From Monocercomonoides exilis PA203 (taxonomy: Eukaryota > Protista > Preaxostyla): a stretch of 64,000 nucleotides of DNA. The stretch's first letter is position 1, and the number at the start of each line of letters is the position of its first letter. Below, piece after piece: positions 11,301-21,144 of this stretch. The notes under the pieces are model-generated. The model was given only the letters and a program-made list of their open reading frames with translations. It ran no database searches and was not told the origin of the DNA. A program made the translations under genes and the position numbers. The stretch is taken from contig LSRY02000012.1 of the NCBI GenBank assembly GCA_001643675.2, positions 496,001 to 560,000 on the forward strand, written 5' to 3'.

Positions 11301-13445
11301 GGTGGTGGTATCTGTTCCATTTCCTGTGATTTTTGTATCAGATGCGCTGAAGGTCAGTGTCTGAATAGGAGCGAAGATGGAGCTGAGGAGAATGAGTGAA
11401 GCGTCTTTGTAAAAGAATAAGCCATAGAGTGCATACTCAATTGTGGCACATGGATTTTGTTGAGATCTGCCACAGGCATCAACATCTTCTCCACTGTTCG
11501 CAACGATTTTATTCTTGCTGATGAAAGGGAGCCAGCTGTTGTACACGGTGTTGCCAGCTGTTCCTGCATTCCACACTCTGTTGGCGAGGGTTGTTGATCC
11601 ACAATTCTCGAATGGAGATTGAGTGATGCTGCTTCCACTGAAAAACACATCATTTCCTCTTCCATTCGTTGCTGTATTGCCGTCGAAGAAACAGAAAGTG
11701 ATGAATTTTGTTCCACTCATCCAGGAAAATGTTTTGGTGCAGCAAATGCCAGCACCACCAAAAGTGCGCGAATTTGTCAATTTATTATTTATAAACTGAC
11801 ACTCTTCAACAAAAAATTGCTTTGGCTCGTTGATTGGAGGAGCATGGAATGTGAGAGCTCCAGCCACATCTCCACCGGTATTTCCTACGCACTTACATTT
11901 TGAAAACAGGAAATGAAAATTATCAGTTGTGCTATCAAGGACGAAATACCAACCTGTCCCATAAGTAGTAGTTATCGAACAACTTTCAACTATGTTTTGT
12001 GTGAATGTCCGAATAGAATATGATTGTGGATTCCATATCGCAACTGCCCCTCCATGTAATGCTGAACAGCTTGTGAAATTGGATTTTGCGATTTCGATGT
12101 TTAGCAAAAATCTGCAAAATATTGCTCCTCCATGATCATTTGAATGACATTTGTTGAATGAACAAGAAGTGATTGTGAGGTTTGCATTTGTGCATTCAAC
12201 AATAAGCGCACCTCCATGACTTCCACCATTTGTACTTTCCCATGTGCACCACTCGAAGCGATGACTGTTTTGATCGAATGAAGTCAGTCTTCCAAGTTTC
12301 ACTCTTTGAGATTCAGTTCCAACATGTACAACAGCAGCATTTGGTGAAGATCGTGTTTGGTGGAGAAAGGAAGTGTTGAAGGCAGAGAGAGATGTGGATG
12401 GGGTGTTGAGGTTGGGGAGAATGGCACCATCGATGGGGTTGTGGGTGTGGAGGAAGATGGATGAGTGGATGGAAAGGGATGAGTGAAGAGAGAAGGAGGG
12501 GATTGTTTTGGTGTTGGTGGAAGCAAAAGAGGAAGAAGAGGAAGGGATGGTTGAGATGAAAGGATTGAGTGAATGTGAAGGAAGGGATGGAAGAGATCGA
12601 GGGGATTGAGGAGAGGAGATGTTTGAGAAGAGAGTGTTTGAGAGATGGAGATTGAGATGGATTTGGAGGTGGGGATGGGATTGGCGATAATTATGGAGAG
12701 GGGAAGGGGAAGAGGAACTAGAAGGTGAAGGTGAAGGGGAAGGGGAAGAAAAAGAAGAGAATGAGGATGATGATGAGAAAGATGAAGGAGAAGGGGAAAG
12801 GGAAGGAGATGGAGAAGGGGATGGGGAAGAGAGGGCAGAAGGAGAAAAAAGGAAGGGCTGGACGAGGGAGATGAATGAGGAGAAAGAGGAGCGGGAGATG
12901 GAGAAGGAGGTGGGGATTGGGGAGTGGGCATGTGAGAGGAGATTGTTTGGGGTGGAGAAGAGGGGGAAGGAGAGGAAGGCTGGTTGGTGGGTGATGAGGG
13001 AGAAGTTTGTGAGTGCGAGGGAGGCATGGGCAGAGAGGAAGAGGGGGCATTGGTGGTGGTGGTGGTTGTTGAGTGAAGGTGGGTGGATGGTGCAAGTGGA
13101 GGAGCAGATGGAGGCAGCGGAGTGGTGTTGAGTCGTGAGGAGTGGACAACCACCGAGAGGGATGATGCTGAGATGGATCATGCTCAATGAGGTGTTGACG
13201 ATATTAAGACTTGCTTGAATACAGCAAATGCGATTGTCAGATGGTTTTATAACTTTTTCCCTTTCAATGTAAAAATTATAGTCATTCTTTTCTTTTTCAT
13301 CTGAAATGCTTTTCTTGCATTCTTGAATTTCCTCGTTCATTTCTTGTTGAATTTGCCTTTCTGCAATGTCTCTGCCATTCTGACAACTTGCACAAATTAC
13401 AATCAATGAAACAATACTCAATACTGTTTTTATATGGAAGTGCAT
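5358..13445 (-). CDS. Giant intronless type I membrane protein: signal peptide, beta-helix/pectin-lyase-like repeat ectodomain, one TM helix, C-terminal degenerate TKL/tyrosine-kinase-like domain
   Basis: 2695-aa ORF with a hydrophobic N-terminus, GGA(I/L) and FxxNxA motifs, and four G.D...CG....PC..(I/V/M) modules. TM is LLWIVIAIILSVLLVVLIVSIVLAV followed by RWRK. Kinase subdomains VIII-XI are present (RWKAPE, VFSIGIMLWE, IPF, CL...RPT). Confidence 0.85.
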   Translation of the reverse strand: MHFHIKTVLSIVSLIVICASCQNGRDIAERQIQQEMNEEIQECKKSISDEKEKNDYNFYIEREKVIKPSDNRICCIQASLNIVNTSLSMIHLSIIPLGGCPLLTTQHHSAASICSSTCTIHPPSLNNHHHHQCPLFLSAHASLALTNFSLITHQPAFLSFPLFSTPNNLLSHAHSPIPTSFSISRSSFSSFISLVQPFLFSPSALSSPSPSPSPSLSPSPSSFSSSSSFSSFSSPSPSPSPSSSSSPSPLHNYRQSHPHLQIHLNLHLSNTLFSNISSPQSPRSLPSLPSHSLNPFISTIPSSSSSFASTNTKTIPSFSLHSSLSIHSSIFLHTHNPIDGAILPNLNTPSTSLSAFNTSFLHQTRSSPNAAVVHVGTESQRVKLGRLTSFDQNSHRFEWCTWESTNGGSHGGALIVECTNANLTITSCSFNKCHSNDHGGAIFCRFLLNIEIAKSNFTSCSALHGGAVAIWNPQSYSIRTFTQNIVESCSITTTYGTGWYFVLDSTTDNFHFLFSKCKCVGNTGGDVAGALTFHAPPINEPKQFFVEECQFINNKLTNSRTFGGAGICCTKTFSWMSGTKFITFCFFDGNTATNGRGNDVFFSGSSITQSPFENCGSTTLANRVWNAGTAGNTVYNSWLPFISKNKIVANSGEDVDACGRSQQNPCATIEYALYGLFFYKDASLILLSSIFAPIQTLTFSASDTKITGNGTDTTTIASSGIPHPPSSFSSSSSTSLPDSSASSALFQQTQGSLTVSALAIAHNSTNPIIPILFHLSENSPSLNLNTTTITGTTFITIKTPLFFLTAGSLALNHTAIASLALNSQSIFHLTSLTAPLTLDSSNITHITSTASPASCVLSSATSPALSLSLTNCTITNIDSAPQNQQTAANGGCISFASSAPANTFSVSDTTFSTCSVSEDTSSGGRGGALMVEFKDDSEVSESSYSIANIVFSANKASVGRDMYFVCESLVASVNESSFAFIRGITEKDNSVVGHDRTQMFSDWDVDLFIFLEGYTSDTIHVDGKSGVEEMYCGLEKAPCLNVNYGIERLKRTLNIKQEIILRANSSLTGCVDMSGVNVKAKDEEVMEIECQSVMSGSDECIIKSTTLTELKFIGIVVPSSFKRTITSVIESSTQNGKLHMNNCAMSVIGGKQNTIEFSLIKSTGKMVELEFVTISEVKSSDSLFSFSLFSSNVNEGESEGEYRVKLLNCTIKVCNFEGSFTKSPFLMASSVLLESNNFSNIENTGSGEEGGAAKVTLQGNEELVIKSTNASSCSLSSGNGKGGFLYLDCQNCLNEKPFLFDADITFKNNNAAIGKNMFILGKDFNSSVTNDSFHFNYSSMINDSNLFVGSDNFHSNKDLFMFLIPFSSSEIFISSEGFDVARCGSEEEPCQTMWKGMKNMKKEEGNKTIQIKGSTVIQDSFNVSNYQIKKDASMGEEETKAILNFEKAIGNQLEYFIGNDIHLELINIQLQPAFGFDNSAKSIISNKNGDLMIRECSFHSEAGVNNEFNCVFVFVIGGSVEVNDLLMESCNIGNNIFVIHDSGITCHLVNVRMESLNESGGCILSIKKSERGLKINEGVNEECVNIEIEKSFFSGVKRSDNGASIWESTSERKICLVVNESNIAEDKAEMSEKGGAIFFALDASGSMKMIDSTISHCSCNLGKGGGVYLATKERGELNFAFLGMKFSANTARVGNDIFIECFNITSQINETQFQFDLREGHYTRDNAIYGRDECDHQIDTDLIDFVTVFQSDTIIVSSLNGSNERQCGINTFPCNSIDYGLIHLTLDFLSQMFIVDESEIGGEINPKEMSLSSKNRDLCKVEVKTDIEGTREALVTTTGTVSLLRVNFVFDSNFASAHESLISPEGGILEIGNCSFTTKQSNKEGNVILANIPFHLINMEKGELQLDGCTISNLILHESALCLSSQLPSVIYLFEICNSTISHSLIEIIECGQLNMDRLNIENITVEGNEESLISCLSMKKIMQFANCTMGKVSSKITKGKLMKVENCLDVKMDSCIFDENSKERNEQYLNEEVEICKWDGSLVDVVKSSVMMKDTTISNSPEGGITMSGGNLIIEMGLFENNSPSVEKNPSLRRNIICSDSGTLNVISLKGGDGWKDNSSLWMLNDGCSFEGIVSERDSSFFIPVLESVEAKEETDRMKLTFKGMLLVPCNLSFSVVKRNGKEKEIENHDFDSNGFMSEREAEGSVAKNLISSCKDEIEVSMCILFGNSESPSSTNSFILKNRSEPKTNGDENISKGNNNESLLWIVIAIILSVLLVVLIVSIVLAVRWRKVKIENKDLKEIVADTVKKDPKLIEMMTMETSPEEQWRRAEKDIEKKNEERIKKRVYEKSLGHSESSEHLLSESGSTEYILGKDSDKIPEWALEKDEEEEETRKRTPSPSISSTSTTDSDSTFVRREDLCPTTSSMSNLVDAMACSSPHEKLIVDLRDSLFMLLHGRNEKKEMAIGTLQERELTGAQILFWVADGALHSFEDKEDELSSLSNLSPHIVLFSEHMVICIALHSDCTTDTDTSSVSSSSTLVSFSSDCSSSYRNGRDSPLPSSAFEDEEDKRKEFMRWKAPELLINKKMAATKESVVFSIGIMLWECLTLRIPFGEYEGEVAGQKIVNGERPDERGTEKSRMKNVMDTCLSAEAWKRPTIGELKKELIGLFPAGTFIMTMADAIVLEESSEEHEEN

Positions 13446-14214
13446 CTCACCATGTAAGTGGATGTTCGAAAAAACAAAATATTTAAATTCTTTTCCCCCA
13501 TATTATTTAATATTAAATGGATATTTTTGGAATAAATATTTTTTTCTTTCAAAATTTTGAACTATTCAACATTTTTGAATGTTTTTTATTAAACAACAAT
13601 GATACGATTTTTCTTGAACACAAACGATTGACTCTTTATGTTTCTTTTGTTAAATCTTTTTGAAACGAATCACAGATTTTTTAACAAAAAAGAAAAAATT
13701 CCACAAATACAAATAATGAAATTTGCCTATCATTAAGGACTCAATTTTTTTTCATTTGAGTTAGATTAAATGATGTCCCTTGTTTATTCTGCTTCAAAAA
13801 ATTGCATATGATTCATCATTGCGCGGAAAAATATTGCACAGATTGAAAAAGTTTAAAAATGAAATGAAAAAATATGAAACCTCAGTCACTATGTTTCTAA
13901 TTCGCTAAATCCATTTTTTGCTTTTTTTAATGCGCATCAATGTCAACAAAAGGTATGTTTAATTAATCACAAATTAAACTAAATCCTTTTACGCTAAATT
14001 TTTTGTTTTAGAATTTTTGAAATAAAATATTGATTCATATTTATTTATTTATAATTTTTTTTTAAAATATTATTAACTGCTGTTTTCGAAAATAAAAAAC
14101 AATTTTATGCTTATAACAGTAAATATTAACCTTGAATGAATAAATAGACTTTTCAAAAATATACCTCAAACTTAAATAAAAGACTAATCGCAACTTTTTT
14201 CACATTTAATAACA

Positions 14215-15737
14215 TTACTCTTTCGGAGCATGAATAACTGCATCAACAATTGCACGAGAAACTCTTTCAACATTTGATGGATTCAGGCCAGCAATTGACA
14301 CTCTACCATTTCCTGTAAGGAATATATGATGCTTCTCTGAAAGATATTTGCATTCCTGGGGTGTAAGTCCAGTAAATGAAAACATTCCGCGCTGTGTTGT
14401 AATATGATCCCATTTCCTCTCCTTTGGAGCCTCTGGAAGCTCTGCTTGAGCTTTTTCGATTCCTTCACGAAGAGCAGTTCTCATCGACTTCAATCTATCT
14501 GTCATTGTTTTAAGATCATTCAGCCAACTCTTATATTTGGTCTCATCTGTTAAAAGTGCAGTGGCAATACGAGCACCGTGTCCTGGTGGATTTGAGTATG
14601 TTGCTCTAATAAACGATGACAATTGCGATGTAACATTTGTTGCAATATCCTTTGACGTGCACTTCAAATGAAGACAACCGCATCTTTCACCATACAATCC
14701 CATGGTCTTTGAAAAAGATTGTGCAACAATAATTGGAAGGCCAAGGGCAAGGAAGTGACGTACAGCTGCAGCATCCAATTCCAAATCTCCAGAAGCATAA
14801 CCTTGATAAGCACAATCAAAGAATGGAATAAGTGGTGATGTTGCTGCTCGAGACTGGAACAAAGAAGCTAATTTTTCCCATTGATCCATCGTCAGATCCA
14901 TTCCAGTTGGGTTATGTGCACAAGGGTGCATCAATATTATTGTGTTAGTTTCGGCCTTGCTTATTGCATCATACATTTGATCAAATAAAACAGAATTTGT
15001 TTTTCTGTCATAGTAAGGATATTTCGTAACAGATATTCCTGCTGCTGCAGCGACATTTGGATGATTTGCTAGAAAATAACAAATATCAAAAACATTAACA
15101 GTTAAGTTTAAATAAATGAGAAAAGAATCAAACGCCATGTTGGGTCAGGAATCATCAAAGTGGTACATCCCAAATGTTTATGTAGGAAACTAAAGCCAAC
15201 ATACAATGCGCCTGTTCCAGAAAGCACTTGAGCAGATGCAATCTGTTTTGTTGAAGGAAAAAAAGTAAATTTATAAATATTTTATTATTTATAAAATGTT
15301 GGCAACAAAAATACAAACGGTTTCGTCTTTCACGCCAAACATCAATTTTTGTGCAGCTGGAAGGAATTCCGGAAGACCTGTGATTTTAAGATATTCATGA
15401 TCAAGAGCAGGTGATTCGGCCATTTCTTTTTCAATCTAAAGCAGATAAACGAAATATTTGACATGTTGCAACGAAGAACTTCTTATAAATGATAAAAATT
15501 AGAATATTGATAGCGTGCCTGACGAACGGTTGGAAGAACCCATGGTTTTCCGTTTTCATCGCGATACGCTCCAACAACAAGACTTATTGGTTTATGATCC
15601 GGTCCAGCCTCAGGATGGTCTGGAGGAAGAGCTTTCCATGCGGCTGTTGCCTTGTTGAATTGATCTACAATTCCAAATACTGCGTCAGGAGGTCCACGTT
15701 CAACTTTGCTGAAGATTTCAAAATTTGGTGTTGCCAT
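14215..15737 (-). CDS. GOT1: Aspartate aminotransferase (class I PLP enzyme, cytosolic type), 4 exons
   Basis: Exons 15737-15519, 15435-15319, 15242-15134 and 15068-14215. Motifs GAYRDENGKPWVLP, HEYL, SGTGAL, PTWPNH, HPCAHNPTG, DCAYQG, QSFSKTMGLYGER (PLP lysine) and GMFSFTGL. Confidence 0.95.
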
Positions 15738-15799
15738 TGAAAGTGCACACAAACAATAAACCAACAATAAAGGGTGTAGATCTATTTTGATCATTTTAG

Positions 15800-16864
15800 A
15801 TGGAATCAAATACTGAAACAAAAGTGTTAGCGGAACCTCACAACCGTACGCAACGTGCAGAAGATAGAGAAGAGCAATATCATCGTCGCAGACAAAATAA
15901 AGACAGAAAAACACAAAAGCAGGTTAGAGGTTTTATGGAAGCCTTTTCAGGAGCTGGGCTGGATGAAGATCGTCTCGAAAATGTTAGATCAGTAGCCAAT
16001 GCACGTAAAATTGTTGATGCTGGAAGGAAAACTTCAGAAGCTATTTTGAAAGTTAACACGACTGTTAATGGAAAATTGAAAACTCAATCTGATAAACTCA
16101 TTGAAAAGACAGAAGGCAAAATGAAAAAACTTATTGATCTTCCAGATGCACTCATGGTTGGTTTAATGACATTTTCAGTTGCTCTTGAGGCCATGAAAGG
16201 AATGATTAAAAGCGTTGCAGAAGGTTTTGTTGAAGCCGTTATGAAAGTTGCTGGAGGATTATCTGATGCACTACACGAGCGTTATCGTGAAAAATTTGGA
16301 GCAAAGAACGACATTCAAGAAATTGCTATTGCTTTGATTATGTTCTTTGCATTTCTTGTTTCATCAATTTCCCAATTGCTTTCTGGATTTTTCTCAATTT
16401 TGAAAAATACTCTTGTTGAAGTAATTGAAAACTTCTTTGGGGAAGAAATGTCGAAATTCGTCTTTTACATTTGGGATATCCTGTTTCAATTTATACAGAT
16501 TCAAATCATAATGAGTTTGGTGACTCTGAAGCGAGTGATAATAATTGCTATTGTCCTGACAGTATTGTCTTTCTGCCTCAAGATGGACGATATGGATGAG
16601 GATGAATTCGAGACACTGAAAGCTAAAAAGTCAGGTAAAAAGGAAGAGCCAGCATCGTCCACTTCCGATTCTCAACAAGATATAACTTCTTCTGGAATCG
16701 TTGCCACAGAAAGTTCAAATGAGACTCAGCCTACACAAGAAAATCCTCAAACAAGTGAATCAAGTTCTTCTGCAACTGAAAGTCCAGCCACAGAATCAGC
16801 TGCAAGCTCGTCAACTTCCGAAGTTCAAGAGACAGCTGCTCCAACAGAAGCGCATGTTGAATAA
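15800..16864 (+). CDS. Hypothetical membrane protein, 354 aa, with acidic Ser/Thr-rich tail
   Basis: Intronless ORF with a charged N-terminus, about three hydrophobic helices (e.g. IAIALIMFFAFLVSSI, VIIIAIVLTVLSFCL) and a TAA stop. Confidence 0.75.
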   Translation: MESNTETKVLAEPHNRTQRAEDREEQYHRRRQNKDRKTQKQVRGFMEAFSGAGLDEDRLENVRSVANARKIVDAGRKTSEAILKVNTTVNGKLKTQSDKLIEKTEGKMKKLIDLPDALMVGLMTFSVALEAMKGMIKSVAEGFVEAVMKVAGGLSDALHERYREKFGAKNDIQEIAIALIMFFAFLVSSISQLLSGFFSILKNTLVEVIENFFGEEMSKFVFYIWDILFQFIQIQIIMSLVTLKRVIIIAIVLTVLSFCLKMDDMDEDEFETLKAKKSGKKEEPASSTSDSQQDITSSGIVATESSNETQPTQENPQTSESSSSATESPATESAASSSTSEVQETAAPTEAHVE

Positions 16865-17029
16865 GTTTTTAGCATATTGTCCTAAGTATTTCATTGATGA
16901 CTGACTTGTTCGTCCAGGTTCTTATTTTTTATAAAATTGTTTTTAACTAATTTTTTAGAGTACTTGTATTTGATTTTTTATGTATTCCTTATCTTTTTAT
17001 CATATAATGTTGTGGGTGAATGTGATCTC

Positions 17030-20000
17030 ATGCACAAGATCTTCTTCAAACACATTCCAGACCCCACTCTTTTTCTTCAACGATTGTTTTTAATTGAAAA
17101 AGCACCACCTCCAGATGTTATGCGTGAGAATATTTCTGTTTGTTCAAAAATTAAGAATAAAATCAAAAATTATAAAAATTTTTATATTATCTGACATATG
17201 ACATTTTAATTCGAATCTTAATTTACTGTTTTTGCGTTAAAATATTAAATTAAATGCGAAATGGTAAACTTCTAGGATGAAGCGCTTCTAAATATAATCA
17301 ACGCACTACGAAATGGTGATCAGTCCCTCCAGCTCAGAGCCTTGAAGAAACTTGCAACTTTGATCCTGATTAGTATGTACTTTTTTTATGCGCAATTGTA
17401 GGCTATCTTGTTTTATCGCTTTATTCAACAGATTCAGATATATTCGATAATATTCTGGAATGTGGTGTTGTTCTTGATGTAGTTAGAATTGCAGTCACCA
17501 AACAATACGATGAAATATATGTTTGATTTTTATCCACCGTTACTTAAAATTAGGAGGATATTTTGAATTAATACAAATATTTTTTATCTTTTCATAATTG
17601 TAATATTTTTAGAAATCATGCATTGATATTCTTAATTTACTTGCTCATAGACTTTCAAGAGCTGCTCTCGTTCATCCAATTACAGATGTGATGAAGCCCA
17701 TTTATAACTTGATGAGAGTTTGCTCCATTTATTCACAAAAAATTATTTTGTTTAATTTTATTCAATTATTTGTTGAAATTGTTTTAAATCACTGTGGTCT
17801 TTTCCAGAGTCCTGATTTGTTGATGCGAATGTCAACAATCAGAACGCAAATTTACATGTTTGCACATTCAAGTTATTACAGAGATTCCCTAATCGAGTCT
17901 GATTTTTTTCGCTCATGGCCGCATCTTCTCTCTTCACCCAACACACCTGCGGATATAAAGGGAGGGCTGATGGAGCTGATGGTTCTTCTTGTTCGGCACT
18001 CCTCTTTTCCACTGAAATCGCTCAGTTTCGTGAGACCTTCACTTGCTGCACTTGCCAACAGCACGTTCAACACCGAAGATGATTTCATCGAGCTCGAAGG
18101 ATCAAACACCGATGTGATGCGCATCCAGCAGGAACGCCAAGACAAGGAGATGCTTGCGAAGGAGGTGCTGCAAACGATGGAGGTTCTCTCCCGCCCAGAC
18201 GACCTGTACGTCCCTCCGCCTAACACATCACCAGCCTCCCCCTCGCTTATTCACGAGCAGGCCCGGAATGCGTTCCAGTGGATGCAGTCGAACGACGGCA
18301 CAGGGAAGCTTGTCCCGCGGCCGCCTCCTCCTCTTTCTGCCAAGCGCGCCTCCGCATCTCAGGTCGTGTTTTCAGTGCGCCCTCGCTCAAAAGCAATGAA
18401 ATTCTCTCGACTGATGACTGGCCCCTCAAAAAACGAGAAGTTTGTTCCTGTCTCACTCACACCACCTCCTTCCATTGCAAATACTCAACCTCCGATTTCT
18501 TCCTTAAGCCCTCTTTCAATACACCACATTTCACTTCCGCTGCGCCAGACGCCGGCTCCCCTCCAACACCCCATTTCACAGCTGGGCCTGCGCATCACAA
18601 GTGCCGAGGGAGCAGATGACTTCAATCCGCTGCTTCCCAACGCCCCAGTGAAAAAGTATCTGGACGAAGGGAAAATCAGAAACGAGCCGCCGAAAGTGAA
18701 GCAGGAGATGCTGCAAGACATCGATCCGCTCAGACTGCGCCTTGCTTTTGACGCCCGGCGCTTTATGGAGTCACCTACGCCGATTCCGCCGGGGTATCGT
18801 GTGAAGAAAGACGATGCACAGAACAGTCCAGATACTGGAGACGGTTACACCATTGTCAACAATGCGGATGAGTCAGATATTCCAGGTCAGTCTCTTCTGC
18901 TTCCTTTGTCTTCTGCTTCTTCTTCTTCTTCACCTTCATCTGGTTTCACTTCATTCCCCAACAAAACCAGCTTTTCATCTTCTGTCCCTTTTGTTCCGCT
19001 CTCAACATCCTCAATGCTTTCCAGCAATCTGCTTCACTCCACAGACTCCAGCTCCACCCAGCTGTTCCCAGCAGACAGCGCAAAAGGCCCCTGTGAAAGT
19101 GACACAGTCACCATCGACTTCTCCTTTGAGCTGCCTTACCCGTACTCAAGTGACCCGTATTCTGTGTCGATCAAAGGGAGGACCATCACTGCGCTCAGAA
19201 ACACGCTTCTTGTTGTCTCCCTCTCTCCAATCATCACAGAGGGCATCTGGGAGATGGAGTTCAGACAGATTGCACCGTCAAGCATTATGTGTATGATGTT
19301 GTGATTTCAAATGGAAATATTAAAATAAAATATTGTTTTTATTTTTTTTGTGCATGTTTTTGTGTGTTAACATCAAATAGGCTATGGCATTGTCGATGCA
19401 GATTACCCAATTCCTCCACAGTATCGCGTGGGGCGTGATTTTTGTATGATGATTATTGATTATGAAAACCTAGATTTTTGTTAAAACTTTGCAATTTTTG
19501 AAACATTCTTGTATTTATGTGTTTTATAATTCTCTTGTTGTGAACATTTTCAGGCAGTGCAGGTTCTTATGCATCACAGTGTGTTTTCTTCAATTCGTTG
19601 TTACTATTCCTTCACAAACATATTTCTTTTCCAAATTATTTTCTTCAATAATAACAATTGAATCACATCAACCCATCCTCCGCTTTCTTCTTCTTCTTTC
19701 TTTTTTACAATCCTTCTAAATTTCTCCAGAGGATATTTCCGTCACAATGGTGCCTGGATTCGCGGCAACAAGCCCTGGGATGAAAAAACAAAGCAGTCAG
19801 TGATTGTGTCTATGGAGCCACTTGACAAGGACGACTGCGACACAACAGCAGAATCTGACACTTTGTTTGGGGATGTCAAACCGAAAAAGAGCACAGCTCG
19901 CTCAACGGCCATATTCTTTCATGACGGGATATGCCAAATCAACTATTTGTCTGGGCTTCCGAAGAGAATACGCTTTTGTGTATGATTCTTTGTGGTAATT

Positions 20001-20244
20001 GAAAAGAATTATTTTTTATTTTTATTTTACTTTAATTTATCTGTTGTTTGTATCTTTCTTCAATTATGATATTTATTGTTTTGTTTTGTCTATTTCTTTT
20101 CCCTCATGAATTGATTTCCAGTTTGGGCTATTTGACAAGCATTCTTCTGTGAACTGCATTTTGAAGTGCCATTCACCTGCCTATGCAAACACGATGCGCA
20201 ACCTCATCACTTCAGACAAAAAGCCACATGTCTGGATATATTGA
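17030..20244 (+). CDS. Multi-exon protein with ARM/HEAT-like N-terminus, Pro/Ser-rich middle and C-terminal SPRY/B30.2-like beta domain
   Basis: In-frame GT-AG exons at 17030-17137, 17276-17372, 17432-17520, 17613-17717, 17808-19289, 19381-19443, 19554-19578, ~19730-19978 and ~20122-20244. The C-terminal pattern (ITEGIWEMEF, YGIVD, HNG.WI.GN, TAIFFHDG..Q....GLP..IRF) resembles SPRY-like domains. Confidence 0.65.
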
Positions 20245-21144
20245 ACACACATAATCAGTTCTCTGTGACTTTGATGTTTCAAATAATATCCATTCATTTC
20301 TCACACTTCATTCACTTCGCTCATTTCGTGCATGTCGCGCTCATTCCTCACACACATCGCACATATCGCCCATTTCATCATTTTCATTTGATGCTTCTCT
20401 TTCTTTCTTTCTTTCTCACAACTTCATGAAGCCATATCAACACACTGCACCTGTTTTTGATAATCACACAGACCATTCATTTCAGTTTTGGATTCATATT
20501 TATTGAGCTCTTGTTACATATTCAATATTTGAAATAGTTTCTTTTGCTTTTCATGGAGAACCCAATTCTCCAAATGTGTTCTTATTTATGTAATATCCTA
20601 TTATTCTTGTTTTATGACAAGCTTTCTACTTTGTCTTCTCAAAATTTTCGTGTTATCATTTGAAGAATTGTTAGATAACTTATTTTTTTGTGTATATTTA
20701 TTCAGATTAACTTTTTTAAACAAATCCTCGTCTCCTTTATCGAATGCATGATTTTTGATACGTTGCAAAAACACCGTTATGTTTATGTTAAGATTCGTTC
20801 ATTTTTAGAAACAATAATATGATCTTCAAATATTCGAATTCTGCATCATTTGACTATCAAAAAATTGAACAAGAACTTTAAAATTACCAACGAAAACTCA
20901 AAAAACAACTGATTCTTTGTGGAATATTTGACAATGCTTATGTTTTGCATTTGGAATAAAAAAAATATAATTCATGTTAAGCATAAAGACACTTTCCACA
21001 GTCATAAACAAAGAATATTGTCATTCAATTTCTCACTTTGAAGATCAACAAAAACATCAGCAAATGCCAAGTTAACATAAATCATATTAATAATAAATAC
21101 TACTATGTTTGAAAGTTAAATCATTATTAAATGCAATTTCTTTA

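Noticed and set aside
13446-14214. Possible RNA gene in the AT-rich spacers (also 20450-21100 and 60950-61460)
   Set aside because: No tRNA cloverleaf, rRNA or snRNA motif was recognisable by eye. An Infernal/Rfam scan would be needed to exclude divergent ncRNAs.
15483-15914. 143-aa ORF implying a hydrophobic leader on AAT
   Set aside because: It starts at a non-ATG codon inside the opposite-strand gene. The ATG at 15737 matches the normal AAT N-terminus.
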